A stretch of DNA of 64,000 nt from an uncultured Actinomycetes bacterium. Its GTDB lineage: Bacteria > Actinomycetota > Thermoleophilia > Gaiellales > Gaiellaceae. The notes under the pieces were generated by a model. It did no database searches. It had not been told where the DNA came from and worked only from the letters and a program-made list of their open reading frames with translations. This document shows positions 8,794-18,737 of the stretch, piece after piece; the first letter of the stretch is position 1, and each line of letters opens with the position of its first letter. Made by a program: the position numbers and the translations under genes. The DNA is taken from positions 8,347 to 72,346 of the forward strand of contig CAWFLF010000013.1 of the NCBI GenBank assembly GCA_963816605.1, written 5' to 3'.

Positions 8794-10105
8794 GCGACGA
8801 GCCTAACGTCACAGCCGCAGCCGCCAGCAGGAATGCGACCGCAAAGCTCGGCAGGGAGGCGCCGAACTGGTACGACGGCGCCGGAAGGTGGCTGACCCAC
8901 CGACTCCAGAAACCGAGCTCGGCCGGTTGGTTGAGCCACTCGTAGACCAGGAAGCCTGCGAGCCAGGCGACGATGTTGGCCGGGCGGAAGGCCGGCCCCT
9001 CGAAGAACTGGCTCCGCGTGTAATGAGCGCCTGCCAGCAGCCAGTCCGCGATCAACACGCCGAGGAGAGGGACGAACACCGCCCCGAGCAGCAGCAGGAA
9101 GCGCTGATAGCTGCGCATGTCGATCGCGAGCGCGCCGGCGGTTGCGACCACGGAAGCGCCGACGATCAATGCGCGCTGCGGCATCCGGGGGAAGAGGTTC
9201 TGCGTCGAGACGGCGGCGGAGTACACGTTGGCGAACGCCTCGTCGGTCTCGTCGACGGTCAGGGCGAGAAGAGCAAGGGCCGCGGCGAACCCGCCGCCTG
9301 CGATCGCAATCAGAATCAGCTCGGGACGATTCGGGTCGACGTCGCGCGAGAGGACGAGGATCGAGCCGAAGCCGAACTGGAACAGCGTCGGCAACAGGTA
9401 GCCGATGCCGACGCCGAAGAACGCACTGCGCCGGTCGCGCGAGAAACGCGTGTAGTCAGCGACCAACGGCGCCCACGAGACGGTGACCGCAACGACCGTG
9501 TCGACTGCCAGCCAGAACGATCCGTTGTGCCCGCCTTCCGACCAGATGTGTTGGACGTCGGCGCCGTCGGTGATCCACCAGGCGAGGTAGATCACCGAGG
9601 CGAGCACGGCCCAGATGGCGAACTTGCGCACGAAGCGGCGCACGAATCCGACTGGGCCCAGGAGCGCGAGCACCGCGGCTGCCGCGCCGAAGACGAGCTT
9701 CCAGATCCAGACGCCCTCGAAGCCGAAGAGCTTGTCGCAGAGCAGGCCGGCTGCCGTTGCGATCACGATCAGCTCGAAGATCGCCCAGCCCAGACACTGG
9801 AGCACGTTCAGCGCGGTCGGCAGATACGAGCCGCGCCGTCCGAGTGGTGCACGCTGCAACACCATCGCGGGCACGCGTGCATCTGCTCCGATCAGCGCTG
9901 CGACCGCGAGCATCGCGTTTCCGATCAGCGCCCCGACGAGCGTCGCCGCGAGCGCGTCGCGTAGGGGCAGGTCGAAGTAGGCCGGCAGGACGAGCACCAG
10001 CAGCGAGATGCCGAGGTTCGTCCAGAGCAATGTCGTATCCATGAGACCGAGGACACGCAGGCGCTCCGGCACCGGCTCGATTCCCCACTGCGGCGTGCCC
10101 TCCAT
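8747..10105 (-). CDS. NCS1-family (purine-cytosine/nucleobase) permease
   Basis: Track ORF 8747-10219 trimmed to Met39 (MEGTPQWGIEPVPERLRVLG...), because the longer form would overlap the divergent gene at 10207. About 12 TM segments. 47-nt overlap with the PfkB start. Confidence 0.75.
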   Translation of the reverse strand: MEGTPQWGIEPVPERLRVLGLMDTTLLWTNLGISLLVLVLPAYFDLPLRDALAATLVGALIGNAMLAVAALIGADARVPAMVLQRAPLGRRGSYLPTALNVLQCLGWAIFELIVIATAAGLLCDKLFGFEGVWIWKLVFGAAAAVLALLGPVGFVRRFVRKFAIWAVLASVIYLAWWITDGADVQHIWSEGGHNGSFWLAVDTVVAVTVSWAPLVADYTRFSRDRRSAFFGVGIGYLLPTLFQFGFGSILVLSRDVDPNRPELILIAIAGGGFAAALALLALTVDETDEAFANVYSAAVSTQNLFPRMPQRALIVGASVVATAGALAIDMRSYQRFLLLLGAVFVPLLGVLIADWLLAGAHYTRSQFFEGPAFRPANIVAWLAGFLVYEWLNQPAELGFWSRWVSHLPAPSYQFGASLPSFAVAFLLAAAAVTLGSSRAVARAGRESRPGRR

Positions 10106-10206
10106 GCGATCGCTCCCTTCGCTGGTGCTAACCAGATCAGGTTCCACGGGTGTGATCTCAGCGCCGTCGTCGCGGCGCACCCCGGCGTCGCTAGGGTAGC
10201 GGGCCG

Positions 10207-10671
10207 ATGATCTCGGCACGCCTCTTTGCCCTGTCGCTCGCGGCGCTCCTACTGGCTTTCGCGGGTTGCGGCAGCAGTCCGAAACCCGTGACCAAGGCGC
10301 AGTACCAGACCGAGTTGGCGAAGGCCGGCGAGGCGGTCACGCTCGCCGGTCAGCAGGTCGGCAAGGAGATCACGATCGCGGAGTTCAACGGCGCTGTCAC
10401 CGATCTGCAGAAAGCGCTCCGCGATGGTGAGAAAACCCTCAGCGGGATCGAGCCGCCTGAGAACGCGCGCGCAGCCAACAAGAAGCTCGCGAAGGCATTC
10501 GGCGATCTCGCAGACGCGCTCGAGAACGTCAAGGAAGCGCGCAGGGTGAGCATCGTGCAGGCAAGGCAAGCGATGAGCGAACTCGGCAAGACGGATGCGA
10601 TCAAGGAAGGCAGGGCTGCGATCCTGGAGCTGAACAACCTGGGGTACGCGGCCGAGGCCGCCGCGCCGTAA
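10207..10671 (+). CDS. Lipoprotein, helical, function unknown
   Basis: Lipobox LLLAFAGC at aa 14-21. Track ORF of 154 aa. Confidence 0.65.
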   Translation: MISARLFALSLAALLLAFAGCGSSPKPVTKAQYQTELAKAGEAVTLAGQQVGKEITIAEFNGAVTDLQKALRDGEKTLSGIEPPENARAANKKLAKAFGDLADALENVKEARRVSIVQARQAMSELGKTDAIKEGRAAILELNNLGYAAEAAAP

Positions 10672-10694
10672 GCAGCCTGCTTTAGAAGCTGCGG

Positions 10695-11114
10695 CTAGAC
10701 CGGCAGGTCCGGGGCGACACGCTCGGCCAGCGCTTCCGCGACGCCCCGGCCGACGTCGGGCGAGTGCTTCAGCAGCGCACCAAAGTCACGTTCGGTGATC
10801 ACGAGCACCCGAACGTCGGTTGTCGCCGTGACGCTCGCCGTGCGCGGCATCTGCGTGACGAGCGCGATCTCGCCGAAGAAGTCGCCTTCGCGCATCGTGT
10901 TGATGATCTGGTCGCCCTTCGTCACGTCCGCCTCACCTTCGAGGAGGACGAAGAACTCGCGGCCGCGGTCGCCTTCCTCCGCCATGAGCTTTCCCTTCGG
11001 CAGGTCGAGCTCGTCCGCGATGTGGGCGACCTCCTCGAGCTCCTTCTTCGAGAGCTTCGAGAAGAGCGGCACCTTCTTGATCAGCTCGACCTTTCCGTCT
11101 TTCCCGAGTCGCAT
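10695..11114 (-). CDS. Stand-alone cyclic-nucleotide-binding (CAP effector) domain protein
   Basis: Trimmed to Met89 of track ORF 10695-11378: VPLFSKLSKKELEEVA...REFFVLLEGEADV...GDFFGEIALV...RTASVTA. Confidence 0.8.
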   Translation of the reverse strand: MRLGKDGKVELIKKVPLFSKLSKKELEEVAHIADELDLPKGKLMAEEGDRGREFFVLLEGEADVTKGDQIINTMREGDFFGEIALVTQMPRTASVTATTDVRVLVITERDFGALLKHSPDVGRGVAEALAERVAPDLPV

Positions 11115-11159
11115 GTGGCGACTGTAACCGCCTTCCGGCGCCTTGGCTACTTTGAGGAA

Positions 11160-11477
11160 GTGGCGGTCGTTCCTGCAATTTTCGGGGCCGCAACCGGCCT
11201 GGCCGGTTTGCTGCTGGTGTTTCTCGGTGTGTCGATCTCGACGTTCCAGTCCTTCGCGGGCGATGCCCCGGCCGCGGCAACGGCAGGATTCCGACACGCC
11301 GGGGGCTGGATTCTCGGAGCTTTCCTCCTGGGCCTGGTCACCGTTGCCGTCTCGTTCGCATGGCTGCTCACGCCCCACCGCGGGCTGCGTGACCTGGCCG
11401 CTGCGCTGTTCGCGATCGAGCTCGCCGCAACCGCTTCGGCCGCGGTCATCACGGCGCGCGCAGTCCTGTGGCGCTGA
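11160..11477 (+). CDS. Putative small membrane protein (about 105 aa, 3 predicted TM helices)
   Basis: C-terminal part of track ORF 10764-11477: VVPAIFGAATGLAGLLLVFLGV, GGWILGAFLLGLVTVAVSFAWLL, LAAALFAIELAATASAAVI. GC3 about 78% by hand count. Start uncertain (GTG 11160 or GTG 11115). Confidence 0.4.
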   Translation: MAVVPAIFGAATGLAGLLLVFLGVSISTFQSFAGDAPAAATAGFRHAGGWILGAFLLGLVTVAVSFAWLLTPHRGLRDLAAALFAIELAATASAAVITARAVLWR

Positions 11478-11767
11478 GCCTGAACAAGCTGAAGCGGCTC
11501 GGGGATGCCGGCCTCACCGACCTCTTCGAGGCGGACCGGAAGCTCTGGACGGCGATGGCCAAGGACGCATACGGGTACACGAACAAGTTTGTGCGCGGCT
11601 CCGGCAACTCGGTGCGGCCCGACGACGTCGTCCCGACGCTGACCCCGGCTCTCGAGGTCTCCGATCGCCTGCGCACGTATCTCGCGGAACGCAAGCTCTC
11701 GCAGAACTACTGGTACACATGGTTCGCAGAGCTGATCGTCGACCGGCTCTGGAGTGACCTAAACTGA
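11468..11767 (+). CDS. Hypothetical protein (99 aa), W/Y/K/N-containing, no family recognised
   Basis: Track ORF. Composition unlike GC-shadow ORFs (…DAYGYTNKFVRGSGN…QNYWYTWFAELIVDRLWSDLN). 10-nt overlap with the preceding ORF. Confidence 0.5.
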   Translation: MALSLNKLKRLGDAGLTDLFEADRKLWTAMAKDAYGYTNKFVRGSGNSVRPDDVVPTLTPALEVSDRLRTYLAERKLSQNYWYTWFAELIVDRLWSDLN

Positions 11768-11772
11768 GGGAC

Positions 11773-11952
11773 GTGGCCAAGCTGCCGGATGCGGACCTGC
11801 AGGCGAGAGAATTCATCGACCGCGTGGTCGAGTCTCATCGAAAGAACGGTTATGACGCGAAGCTCTCGAAGAAGCGCTACGAGCAAGCAGTCGCGCGCGT
11901 TGCAGCGAGCTTCCGCGGCCTCACCGACGCTTCGAAGGGCCGAGCCGCCTAG
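11773..11952 (+). CDS. Hypothetical small protein (59 aa), below the track cutoff
   Basis: My translation: VAKLPDADLQAREFIDRVVESHRKNGYDAKLSKKRYEQAVARVAASFRGLTDASKGRAA, ending at TAG 11950-11952. It starts 5 nt after the previous stop. The SD spacing is poor (GAGGGA 1 nt before GTG); CTG 11764 is an alternative start. Confidence 0.3.
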   Translation: MAKLPDADLQAREFIDRVVESHRKNGYDAKLSKKRYEQAVARVAASFRGLTDASKGRAA

Positions 11953-11953
11953 A

Positions 11954-14671
11954 TCAGCTGGCGAGCAGCCGCCGTAGGACGTAACGGAGGATGCCGCCGT
12001 GTTGCAGGTACTCGCGCTCGCGCGGCGTGTCGAGCCGCACGCGGGCACGGAACTCCTTGTCGTCGGCCCGAACGGTGACCTCGTCGGCGTTGCCGTCGTC
12101 GACGCCTTCGACCGCGAACTCTTCGCGCCCAGTCAGACCGAGGGTGGTCGGTGTGTCGCCGTCCAGGAACTGCAGCGGCAGGATCCCCATCATCAGCAGG
12201 TTCGACCGGTGGATCCGCTCGTACGACTCGGCAATCACCGCGCGGACGCCCAGGAGGTTCGGTCCCTTCGCCGCCCAGTCGCGTGACGAGCCCGAGCCGT
12301 ACTCCTTCCCGGCGATGACGACGAGCGGCACGCCCTCCGCGAGGTAGCGCTTGGACGCGTCGTAGATCGTCGTCTCCTCACCGCTCGGCAGGTGCACCGT
12401 CCACGTTCCCTCCGATCCCTGCACGAGCAGGTTGCGCAGCCGCACGTTCGCGAACGTGCCGCGCACCATCACCTCGTGGTTGCCCCGCCGCGAACCGTAC
12501 GAGTTGAAGTCCTTACGCTCGACGCCATGCTCGACGAGGTACTTGCCTGCCGGAGAGTCAGGCTTGATCGCCCCGGCCGGCGAGATGTGGTCCGTGGTCA
12601 CCGAGTCGCCGACCATAACGAGGCATCGCGCTCCACTGAAGTCCTCGACCGGTTCCGGCTCGGGTGACATCCCCTCGAAGTACGGCGGCTGCCGTACGTA
12701 CGTCGATCGGGGATCCCAGGCGAACAGATTCCCCTCGGGAATCGGAAGCTCGCGCCACGCAGGATCCCCCGTGAAGACATCTGCGTACGTGCGCGTGAAC
12801 ATCTCGCCGCGCACCGCGCGTGTGATCGTCTCCTGGATCTCCTCGGCGCTCGGCCACAGGTCGCGGAGGTAGACGTCGTCGCCGTTCTCGTCCTGACCGA
12901 GCGGCTCGTTGACGAGGTCGATGTCCATGCGTCCCGCGAGGGCGTACGCCACCACGAGCGGCGGCGAGGCGAGGTAGTTCGCCTTTACCTCCGGATGGAT
13001 GCGCGCCTCGAAGTTGCGGTTCCCGGAGAGAACGGAACAGACGACGAGGTCGCCCTCCACGATTGCCGCCGAGATCGCCTCGGGCAGCGGGCCGGAGTTC
13101 CCGATGCACGTCGTGCACCCGTAGCCGACCGTCTGGAAACCGAGCTCGTCGAGGTACTGCGTCAGGCCGGCCTGGTCGTAGTACTCCGTCACGACCTTCG
13201 AACCGGGCGCGAGGCTCGACTTGACCCAGGGCTTGCGGCGCATGCCACGCTCGACGGCCTTCTTCGCGAGCAGGCCCGCTCCGATCATCACCTGGGGATT
13301 CGACGTGTTCGTGCAGGACGTGATCGCCGCGATCACCACCGATCCGTGCTCGAGCTCGAACTCCTCACCCCCGACGGCGACCGCCATCGGCGTCTGCTGC
13401 TCCATCATCGCGACCCCGGAAACGGGCACCTGCACATCCGGCATCAGCGAGCCGTGGCCGGGATCGACCGTCGAGGGCGGATCGCTGGCGGGGAACGACT
13501 CCGACACCGCCTCGTCGTGCTCGTTGCCGTAGTCGACGCCGAAGCTCTCCAGCGAGTCGAGGAAGAGACGCTTCGCGTCGTGCAGAGGCACACGGTCCTG
13601 CGGCCGCCGCGGCCCTGCGAGCGAGGGCTCGACCGTGGAGAGGTCGAGCTCGACCACCTGCGAGTACTCGGGCGTGTGATCGGGGTCGTGCCAGAGCGAG
13701 TTCTCCTTGCAGTACGCCTCGACCAGCGCGATCCGTTGATCGTCGCGCCCGGTCAGCCGCAGGTACTTCAGCGTCTCGTCGTCCACCGGGAAGAAGCCGC
13801 AGGTCGCGCCGTACTCGGGCGACATGTTGCCGATCGTCGCGCGGTCGGCGAGCGGGAGGCCGACGAGCCCGTGCCCGAAGTACTCGACGAACTTCCCGAC
13901 CACGCCTGCCGCACGCAGCAGTTGCGTGACGGTCAGCACCAGATCGGTCGCAGTCGCGCCCTCCGGCATCGCGCCCGTGAGCTTGAAGCCGACGACCTCC
14001 GGGATCAGCATCGACACGGCCTCGCCGAGCATCGCCGCCTCGGCCTCGATGCCCCCGACACCCCAGCCGAGCACGCCCAGGCCGTTGATCATCGTCGTGT
14101 GCGAGTCGGTGCCGACGAGCGTGTCCGGGAACGCCTGGCCGTCGCGCGCTTCGATCACGCGCGCGAGGAACTCGAGGTTGACCTGGTGCACGATGCCCGT
14201 GTTCGGCGGCACGACCTTGAAGTTGTCGAAGGCCGTCTGGCCCCAGCGTAGAAAGGCGTAGCGCTCGCGATTGCGCTCGAACTCCAGCTCGGCGTTGCGG
14301 AACATCGCGCGCGCCGATCCGTACTCGTCGACCTGCACGGAGTGGTCGATGACGAGCTCGGCGGGAAGCTGTGGGTTGATCCGGGAAGGATCGCCTCCGA
14401 GATCCGCCATTGCATTCCGCATCCCCGCGAGATCGACCACCGCCGGGACGCCCGTGAAGTCCTGCAGGAGCACGCGGGCGGGGCGGAACGAGATCTCGTC
14501 CGACGGCGCGGCGGCAGGCTGCCAGCGCCGCAGCGCCTCGGCGTCGTCCTCCTCGCCGTGGCGGAGCGCGTTCTCGAGCAGGATCCGGAGGGTGTAGGGG
14601 AGCCGCTCGGCGCCCTCCAGCGAGAAGATCTCGTAGCTCTGGCCGCCGGCGCTGAGGGTGGAAGGGCTCAC
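11954..14671 (-). CDS. acnA: Aconitate hydratase A
   Basis: 905 aa: [58 protein letters not shown] start. Confidence 0.95.
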   Translation of the reverse strand: MSPSTLSAGGQSYEIFSLEGAERLPYTLRILLENALRHGEEDDAEALRRWQPAAAPSDEISFRPARVLLQDFTGVPAVVDLAGMRNAMADLGGDPSRINPQLPAELVIDHSVQVDEYGSARAMFRNAELEFERNRERYAFLRWGQTAFDNFKVVPPNTGIVHQVNLEFLARVIEARDGQAFPDTLVGTDSHTTMINGLGVLGWGVGGIEAEAAMLGEAVSMLIPEVVGFKLTGAMPEGATATDLVLTVTQLLRAAGVVGKFVEYFGHGLVGLPLADRATIGNMSPEYGATCGFFPVDDETLKYLRLTGRDDQRIALVEAYCKENSLWHDPDHTPEYSQVVELDLSTVEPSLAGPRRPQDRVPLHDAKRLFLDSLESFGVDYGNEHDEAVSESFPASDPPSTVDPGHGSLMPDVQVPVSGVAMMEQQTPMAVAVGGEEFELEHGSVVIAAITSCTNTSNPQVMIGAGLLAKKAVERGMRRKPWVKSSLAPGSKVVTEYYDQAGLTQYLDELGFQTVGYGCTTCIGNSGPLPEAISAAIVEGDLVVCSVLSGNRNFEARIHPEVKANYLASPPLVVAYALAGRMDIDLVNEPLGQDENGDDVYLRDLWPSAEEIQETITRAVRGEMFTRTYADVFTGDPAWRELPIPEGNLFAWDPRSTYVRQPPYFEGMSPEPEPVEDFSGARCLVMVGDSVTTDHISPAGAIKPDSPAGKYLVEHGVERKDFNSYGSRRGNHEVMVRGTFANVRLRNLLVQGSEGTWTVHLPSGEETTIYDASKRYLAEGVPLVVIAGKEYGSGSSRDWAAKGPNLLGVRAVIAESYERIHRSNLLMMGILPLQFLDGDTPTTLGLTGREEFAVEGVDDGNADEVTVRADDKEFRARVRLDTPREREYLQHGGILRYVLRRLLAS

Positions 14672-14706
14672 CTGACCGATTGTATGGAACGGCCTGCGGT
14701 TCCCAT

Positions 14707-14735
14707 TTGACGTGGTCCGCCCTTGTCCCTAAAGT
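14707..14735 (+). promoter_or_regulatory. Candidate sigma-A type promoter of the sulfate operon: TTGACG-17-TAAAGT
   Basis: -35 at 14707-14712, 17-nt spacer, -10 at 14730-14735. It is 33 nt upstream of ATG 14768, with AAGGAG at 14757-14762. Confidence 0.55.
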
Positions 14736-14753
14736 CCACCGATTCAGTGGACT
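14733..14753. promoter_or_regulatory. Operator-like palindrome AGTCCAC-N7-GTGGACT overlapping the -10 and predicted TSS
   Basis: Perfect 7-bp arms read directly from the sequence. Confidence 0.5.
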
Positions 14754-14767
14754 AATAAGGAGATGAG

Positions 14768-15736
14768 ATGCGACGAATTAGCTTGGCTTTGCTCATAGCG
14801 CTTCTTCTGCCGGCTCTCGCGGCCGGTGCGTCGAAGGACACGAAGCTGACTCTGGTGGCCTACTCGACCCCGAAAGATGCCTACGGCCAGCTGATCACCG
14901 CGTTCCAGAAGACCAAGGCGGGCAACGGCGTCTCGTTCTCCCAGTCCTACGCCGCCTCGGGGGAGCAAAGCCGAGCAGTCGCGGCAGGGCTCGATGCCGA
15001 CGTGGTCGCGTTCTCGCTCGAGCCGGACATCACGTCGCTCGTCCAGAAGAAGATCGTCCCGACGAATTGGAACAAGGACAAGTTCAAGGGCATGGTGACC
15101 CGCTCGGTCGTGGTGTTCATCGTCCGGGACGGTAACCCGAAGAAGCTGAAGACCTGGAACGACTTGCTCAAGCCGGGCGTTCAGGTGATCACGCCGAACC
15201 CGTTCACGTCGGGTGGGGCTCGCTGGAACGTCATGGCCGCCTACGGTGGTGCGCTGCGTTCCGGCAAGTCGCCGAAGCAGGCCGTCGACTATCTGGGCAA
15301 GCTCTGGAAGCACGTTGTCGCACAACCGACGAGCGCGCGCGAAGGGCTGCAGACCTTCCTTGCGGGCCGTGGCGATGTCTTCCTCGCGTATGAGAACGAA
15401 GCGCTGTTCGCACAGAAGAAAGGACAGCCCGTTCAGTTCGTGATCCCGAAGGCGACGATCCTGATCGAGAACCCGGTCGCGGTTCCGTCGACCTCGAAGC
15501 ACCAGACCGAAGCGAAGGCGTTCCTGAAGTTCCTGCGCACGACACCCGCGCAGAAGATCTTCGCGGAGAACGGTTACAGGCCTGTCGTCTCCGCTGCTGC
15601 GCGTGGGTTCAACTTCCCGACCCGGCCGCAGCTGTTCACGATCAAGTACGTCGGCGGTTGGCCGAAGGTCGAGAAGAAGTTCTTCGACCCGCGCACGGGC
15701 ATCATGGCCCGCTTCCAGGGGTCGAGTGGCGGCTAA
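14768..15736 (+). CDS. cysP: Sulfate/thiosulfate ABC transporter substrate-binding protein
   Basis: Signal peptide plus LTLVAYSTPKDAY...SYAASGEQSRAV..GLDADVV.FSLEPD, Sbp/CysP family. Followed by cysTWA. Confidence 0.9.
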   Translation: MRRISLALLIALLLPALAAGASKDTKLTLVAYSTPKDAYGQLITAFQKTKAGNGVSFSQSYAASGEQSRAVAAGLDADVVAFSLEPDITSLVQKKIVPTNWNKDKFKGMVTRSVVVFIVRDGNPKKLKTWNDLLKPGVQVITPNPFTSGGARWNVMAAYGGALRSGKSPKQAVDYLGKLWKHVVAQPTSAREGLQTFLAGRGDVFLAYENEALFAQKKGQPVQFVIPKATILIENPVAVPSTSKHQTEAKAFLKFLRTTPAQKIFAENGYRPVVSAAARGFNFPTRPQLFTIKYVGGWPKVEKKFFDPRTGIMARFQGSSGG

Positions 15737-16535
15737 CACCGGCACGCTCTCCGCAGTACCCAAGTCCCGTCGCTCCATTGCGGCGGGACTTTCTATTGGG
15801 TTGAGCACGCTCTATCTGAGCCTGATCGTGCTGCTGCCGCTGGCCGCACTGAGCTGGCGGGCACACGGTTGGGACGCCGTCTGGACGGCGCAGGGGATCG
15901 CCGCCCTCAAGCTCACTCTCGGGCTCTCCTTCGTTGTTGCGCTCGTGAACGCCGTCGCAGGGACAGCGATCGCCTGGTCGCTCGTCCGTGACCGCTTCGT
16001 CGGGCAGGGCTTCGTAAACGCGTTGGTGGACCTGCCGTTTGCGTTGCCCACGATCGTCGCGGGCCTGACCTTGCTCGCGCTCTACGGGCCGAGGTCGCCC
16101 GTCGGCATCAACGCCGCGTTCACACGGTGGGGCCTCTTGATCGCGCTGCTGTTCGTGACGCTGCCGTTCGTCGTGCGCACCGTGCAACCTGTCCTCTTCG
16201 AGTTGGATCGCGAGATGGAGGAGGCCGCTGCCTCGTTGGGAGCGGGTCGCTTCACGACTTTCAAGCGCGTCATCCTGCCGAGCATCCTGCCCGCGATTCT
16301 GTCCGGTGTCGCACTGGCGTTCGCGCGTGCGGTTGGCGAGTTTGGCGCCGTCGTGCTGATTTCGGGGAACATTCCGTTCAGGACGGAGGTCGTGTCCGTG
16401 TACGTCTTCGGACGGCTGGAGAGCGGCGACCCGGGTGGAGCGGCGGCGGTTTCGGTCGTCATCCTCCTGATCTCGTTCGGTGTGTTGCTCGCGATCGGCG
16501 GACTACGTCGTTGGGTGACGAAGCATGATCGGTAA
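15726..16535 (+). CDS. cysT: Sulfate ABC transporter permease CysT
   Basis: Track ORF 15603-16535 trimmed to GTG 15726, which overlaps the cysP stop. Contains the EAA-loop region MEEAAASLGAGRFTTFKRVILP. Confidence 0.85.
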   Translation: MAANTGTLSAVPKSRRSIAAGLSIGLSTLYLSLIVLLPLAALSWRAHGWDAVWTAQGIAALKLTLGLSFVVALVNAVAGTAIAWSLVRDRFVGQGFVNALVDLPFALPTIVAGLTLLALYGPRSPVGINAAFTRWGLLIALLFVTLPFVVRTVQPVLFELDREMEEAAASLGAGRFTTFKRVILPSILPAILSGVALAFARAVGEFGAVVLISGNIPFRTEVVSVYVFGRLESGDPGGAAAVSVVILLISFGVLLAIGGLRRWVTKHDR

Positions 16536-17301
16536 GTACGCCCTCCGGCTCTTTTCGCTCGGTTATCTCGCGGTGCTGCTCGTCGCGCCGGTCGGTTACG
16601 TGTTCTGGAAAGCTTTCGAGCACGGCGTCGGACCGGCCTGGGATGCGGTGACGACCCCGGACGCACTGCACGCGCTCAAGGTGACGCTGATCCTCACCGC
16701 GATCGCAGTGCCCGCGAACACCGTCTTTGGTGTGCTGTGCGCACTCGCGATCGTTCGTCATCGCTATCCGGGCGCGGGCGTCGTCAACGCTGTCGTAGAC
16801 CTCCCGCTTGCGCTGTCGCCTGTGGTCGTCGGTCTGGCGCTGTTGCTGCTCTACGGCCGGGGTGGCTGGCTCGCCGGGCACGGAGTCGTCTTCGCTCTGC
16901 CCGGCATGGTGTTGGCCACGATCTTCGTCTCGTTGCCGTTCGTCGTGCGCGAGGTCGTCCCGGTGCTGCGCGAGATCGGAACGGAGCAGGAACAGGCGGC
17001 GGCGACGCTGGGCGCGTCGGGTGTGCAGACCTTCGTCCGGGTGACCTGGCCGGCGATCCGCTACGCGACTGCGTACGGGATCGTCTTGACCACGGCACGC
17101 GCACTCGGCGAGTTCGGAGCGGTGAGCGTCGTCTCCGGCAGGCTCGCCGGGGAGACGGAGTCACTCACCCTCTTCGTCCAGGATCGGTACCAGTCGTTCG
17201 ACCTCATCGGCGCCTATGCTGCGGCGGTGCTCCTGGCGCTGCTCGCCATGGCGACGCTGCTCCTGATGACCCGGCTGAAGCCCAAAGAGGGAACGCAATG
17301 A
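16525..17301 (+). CDS. cysW: Sulfate ABC transporter permease CysW
   Basis: 258 aa permease with [23 protein letters not shown]. Overlaps its neighbours on both sides. Confidence 0.85.
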   Translation: MIGKYALRLFSLGYLAVLLVAPVGYVFWKAFEHGVGPAWDAVTTPDALHALKVTLILTAIAVPANTVFGVLCALAIVRHRYPGAGVVNAVVDLPLALSPVVVGLALLLLYGRGGWLAGHGVVFALPGMVLATIFVSLPFVVREVVPVLREIGTEQEQAAATLGASGVQTFVRVTWPAIRYATAYGIVLTTARALGEFGAVSVVSGRLAGETESLTLFVQDRYQSFDLIGAYAAAVLLALLAMATLLLMTRLKPKEGTQ

Positions 17302-18251
17302 TCGAGGCCCGCGGAATCGTCAAGCGCTTCGGCGCCTTCACGGCCCTCGACGGTGTGTCCGTCGATGTTCCGACAGGCTCTCTCACCGCGCTGCTCGGCC
17401 CGAGCGGAAGCGGCAAGTCCACGCTCCTCCGAGTGATCGCTGGGCTCGAGAAGCCGGATGCCGGCCAGGTCCTCCTCGACGGTGAGGACGTTACGAGCAC
17501 GCCCACGCAGTCGCGGGGCGTCGGGTTCGTGTTTCAGCACTATGCCGCCTTCAAGCACATGACGGTGTGGGACAACGTCGCCTTCGGGCTGACGATCCGC
17601 AGGCGTCCGCGGAGCGAGATCAAGCAGCGCGTCACGGAGCTGCTCGACCTCGTCCAGCTCGGCGGTCTCGCGAAGCGCTATCCCGCACAGCTCTCCGGCG
17701 GGCAGCGGCAGCGCATGGGACTCGCCCGCGCGCTTGCCGTCGATCCAAAGGTCCTGTTGCTGGACGAGCCGTTCGGCGCACTCGATGCGCGCGTGCGGAA
17801 GGAGCTGCGGATCTGGCTGCGCCGCCTGCACGACGAGACGCACACCACGACCGTGATCGTCACTCACGATCAGGAGGAGGCGATGGACGTCGCCGACCGT
17901 GTCGTGGTGATGAACGCCGGCCTGATCGAGCAGACCGCGCCGCCGCGCGAGCTTTACGACCATCCCGCGAACGAATTCGTGATGTCCTTCGTCGGCGCGG
18001 TCAACCGCCTCGGTGACACGTTCATCCGGCCGCATGACGTCGAGCTCTTGCTCGAGCCGAACGGGTCGACGCAGGAGGCGATGGTGCAGCGCCTCGTTCA
18101 TCTCGGTTTCGAGGTCCGCGTCGAGCTGGTGCGCGACGACGGCGAGACGCTGTCGGCGCAACTGACGCGCGAGCAGGTCGAAGGACTAGAGCTTCAGCAG
18201 GGGCAGATCGTGTACGTCCGCCCGACGCGGCAGACGGTCTTCCCCGACTAG
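17298..18251 (+). CDS. cysA: Sulfate ABC transporter ATP-binding protein CysA
   Basis: Trimmed to Met188 of track ORF 16737-18251 (ATGA overlap with cysW). [35 protein letters not shown]. Confidence 0.9.
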   Translation: MIEARGIVKRFGAFTALDGVSVDVPTGSLTALLGPSGSGKSTLLRVIAGLEKPDAGQVLLDGEDVTSTPTQSRGVGFVFQHYAAFKHMTVWDNVAFGLTIRRRPRSEIKQRVTELLDLVQLGGLAKRYPAQLSGGQRQRMGLARALAVDPKVLLLDEPFGALDARVRKELRIWLRRLHDETHTTTVIVTHDQEEAMDVADRVVVMNAGLIEQTAPPRELYDHPANEFVMSFVGAVNRLGDTFIRPHDVELLLEPNGSTQEAMVQRLVHLGFEVRVELVRDDGETLSAQLTREQVEGLELQQGQIVYVRPTRQTVFPD

Positions 18252-18395
18252 ATGGTTGATTCCTAATTTGTGGCCGTAGGCGCTGAAACACAGGCCAGGT
18301 TGACCGATCTCGGCGTTATGCCGAAGCCGGCGGCGAGGGCGAGCAGGCGAAGCCCGATTATCGGCGTCAAGGCCCGATGCACCATGATTGTCACG

Positions 18396-18737
18396 ATGGC
18401 TTACGACGAGGATCTCGCCGACCGGATCCGCGAGCTGATCGCCTCCGAGGACGGCTACACCGAGCAGAAGATGTTCGGCGGCATCGGCTTCATGATCGAC
18501 GGCCACATGGCGTTGGGGGTCAGCGGCGAGGGTGGCCTGATGATCCACTGCTCCAAGGAGGAGACCGAGGCTCTCCTCGCCAAGCCCGGTGCGCGACCGT
18601 TTGAGATGCGCGGACGCGAGATGAAGGGCTGGCTTCGGGTTGATGCCGAGTCGGTCTCCACGAAGCGAGCGCTCAAGCCCTGGGTTATGCAGAGCGTCGC
18701 TTTCGCCCGCGCGTTGCCGCCGAAGGAGAAGAAGTGA
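18396..18737 (+). CDS. TfoX N-terminal domain-containing protein
   Basis: MAYDEDLADRIRELI...EQKMFGGIGFMIDGHMA.GV. Start at ATG 18396 or ATG 18384. Confidence 0.7.
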   Translation: MAYDEDLADRIRELIASEDGYTEQKMFGGIGFMIDGHMALGVSGEGGLMIHCSKEETEALLAKPGARPFEMRGREMKGWLRVDAESVSTKRALKPWVMQSVAFARALPPKEKK

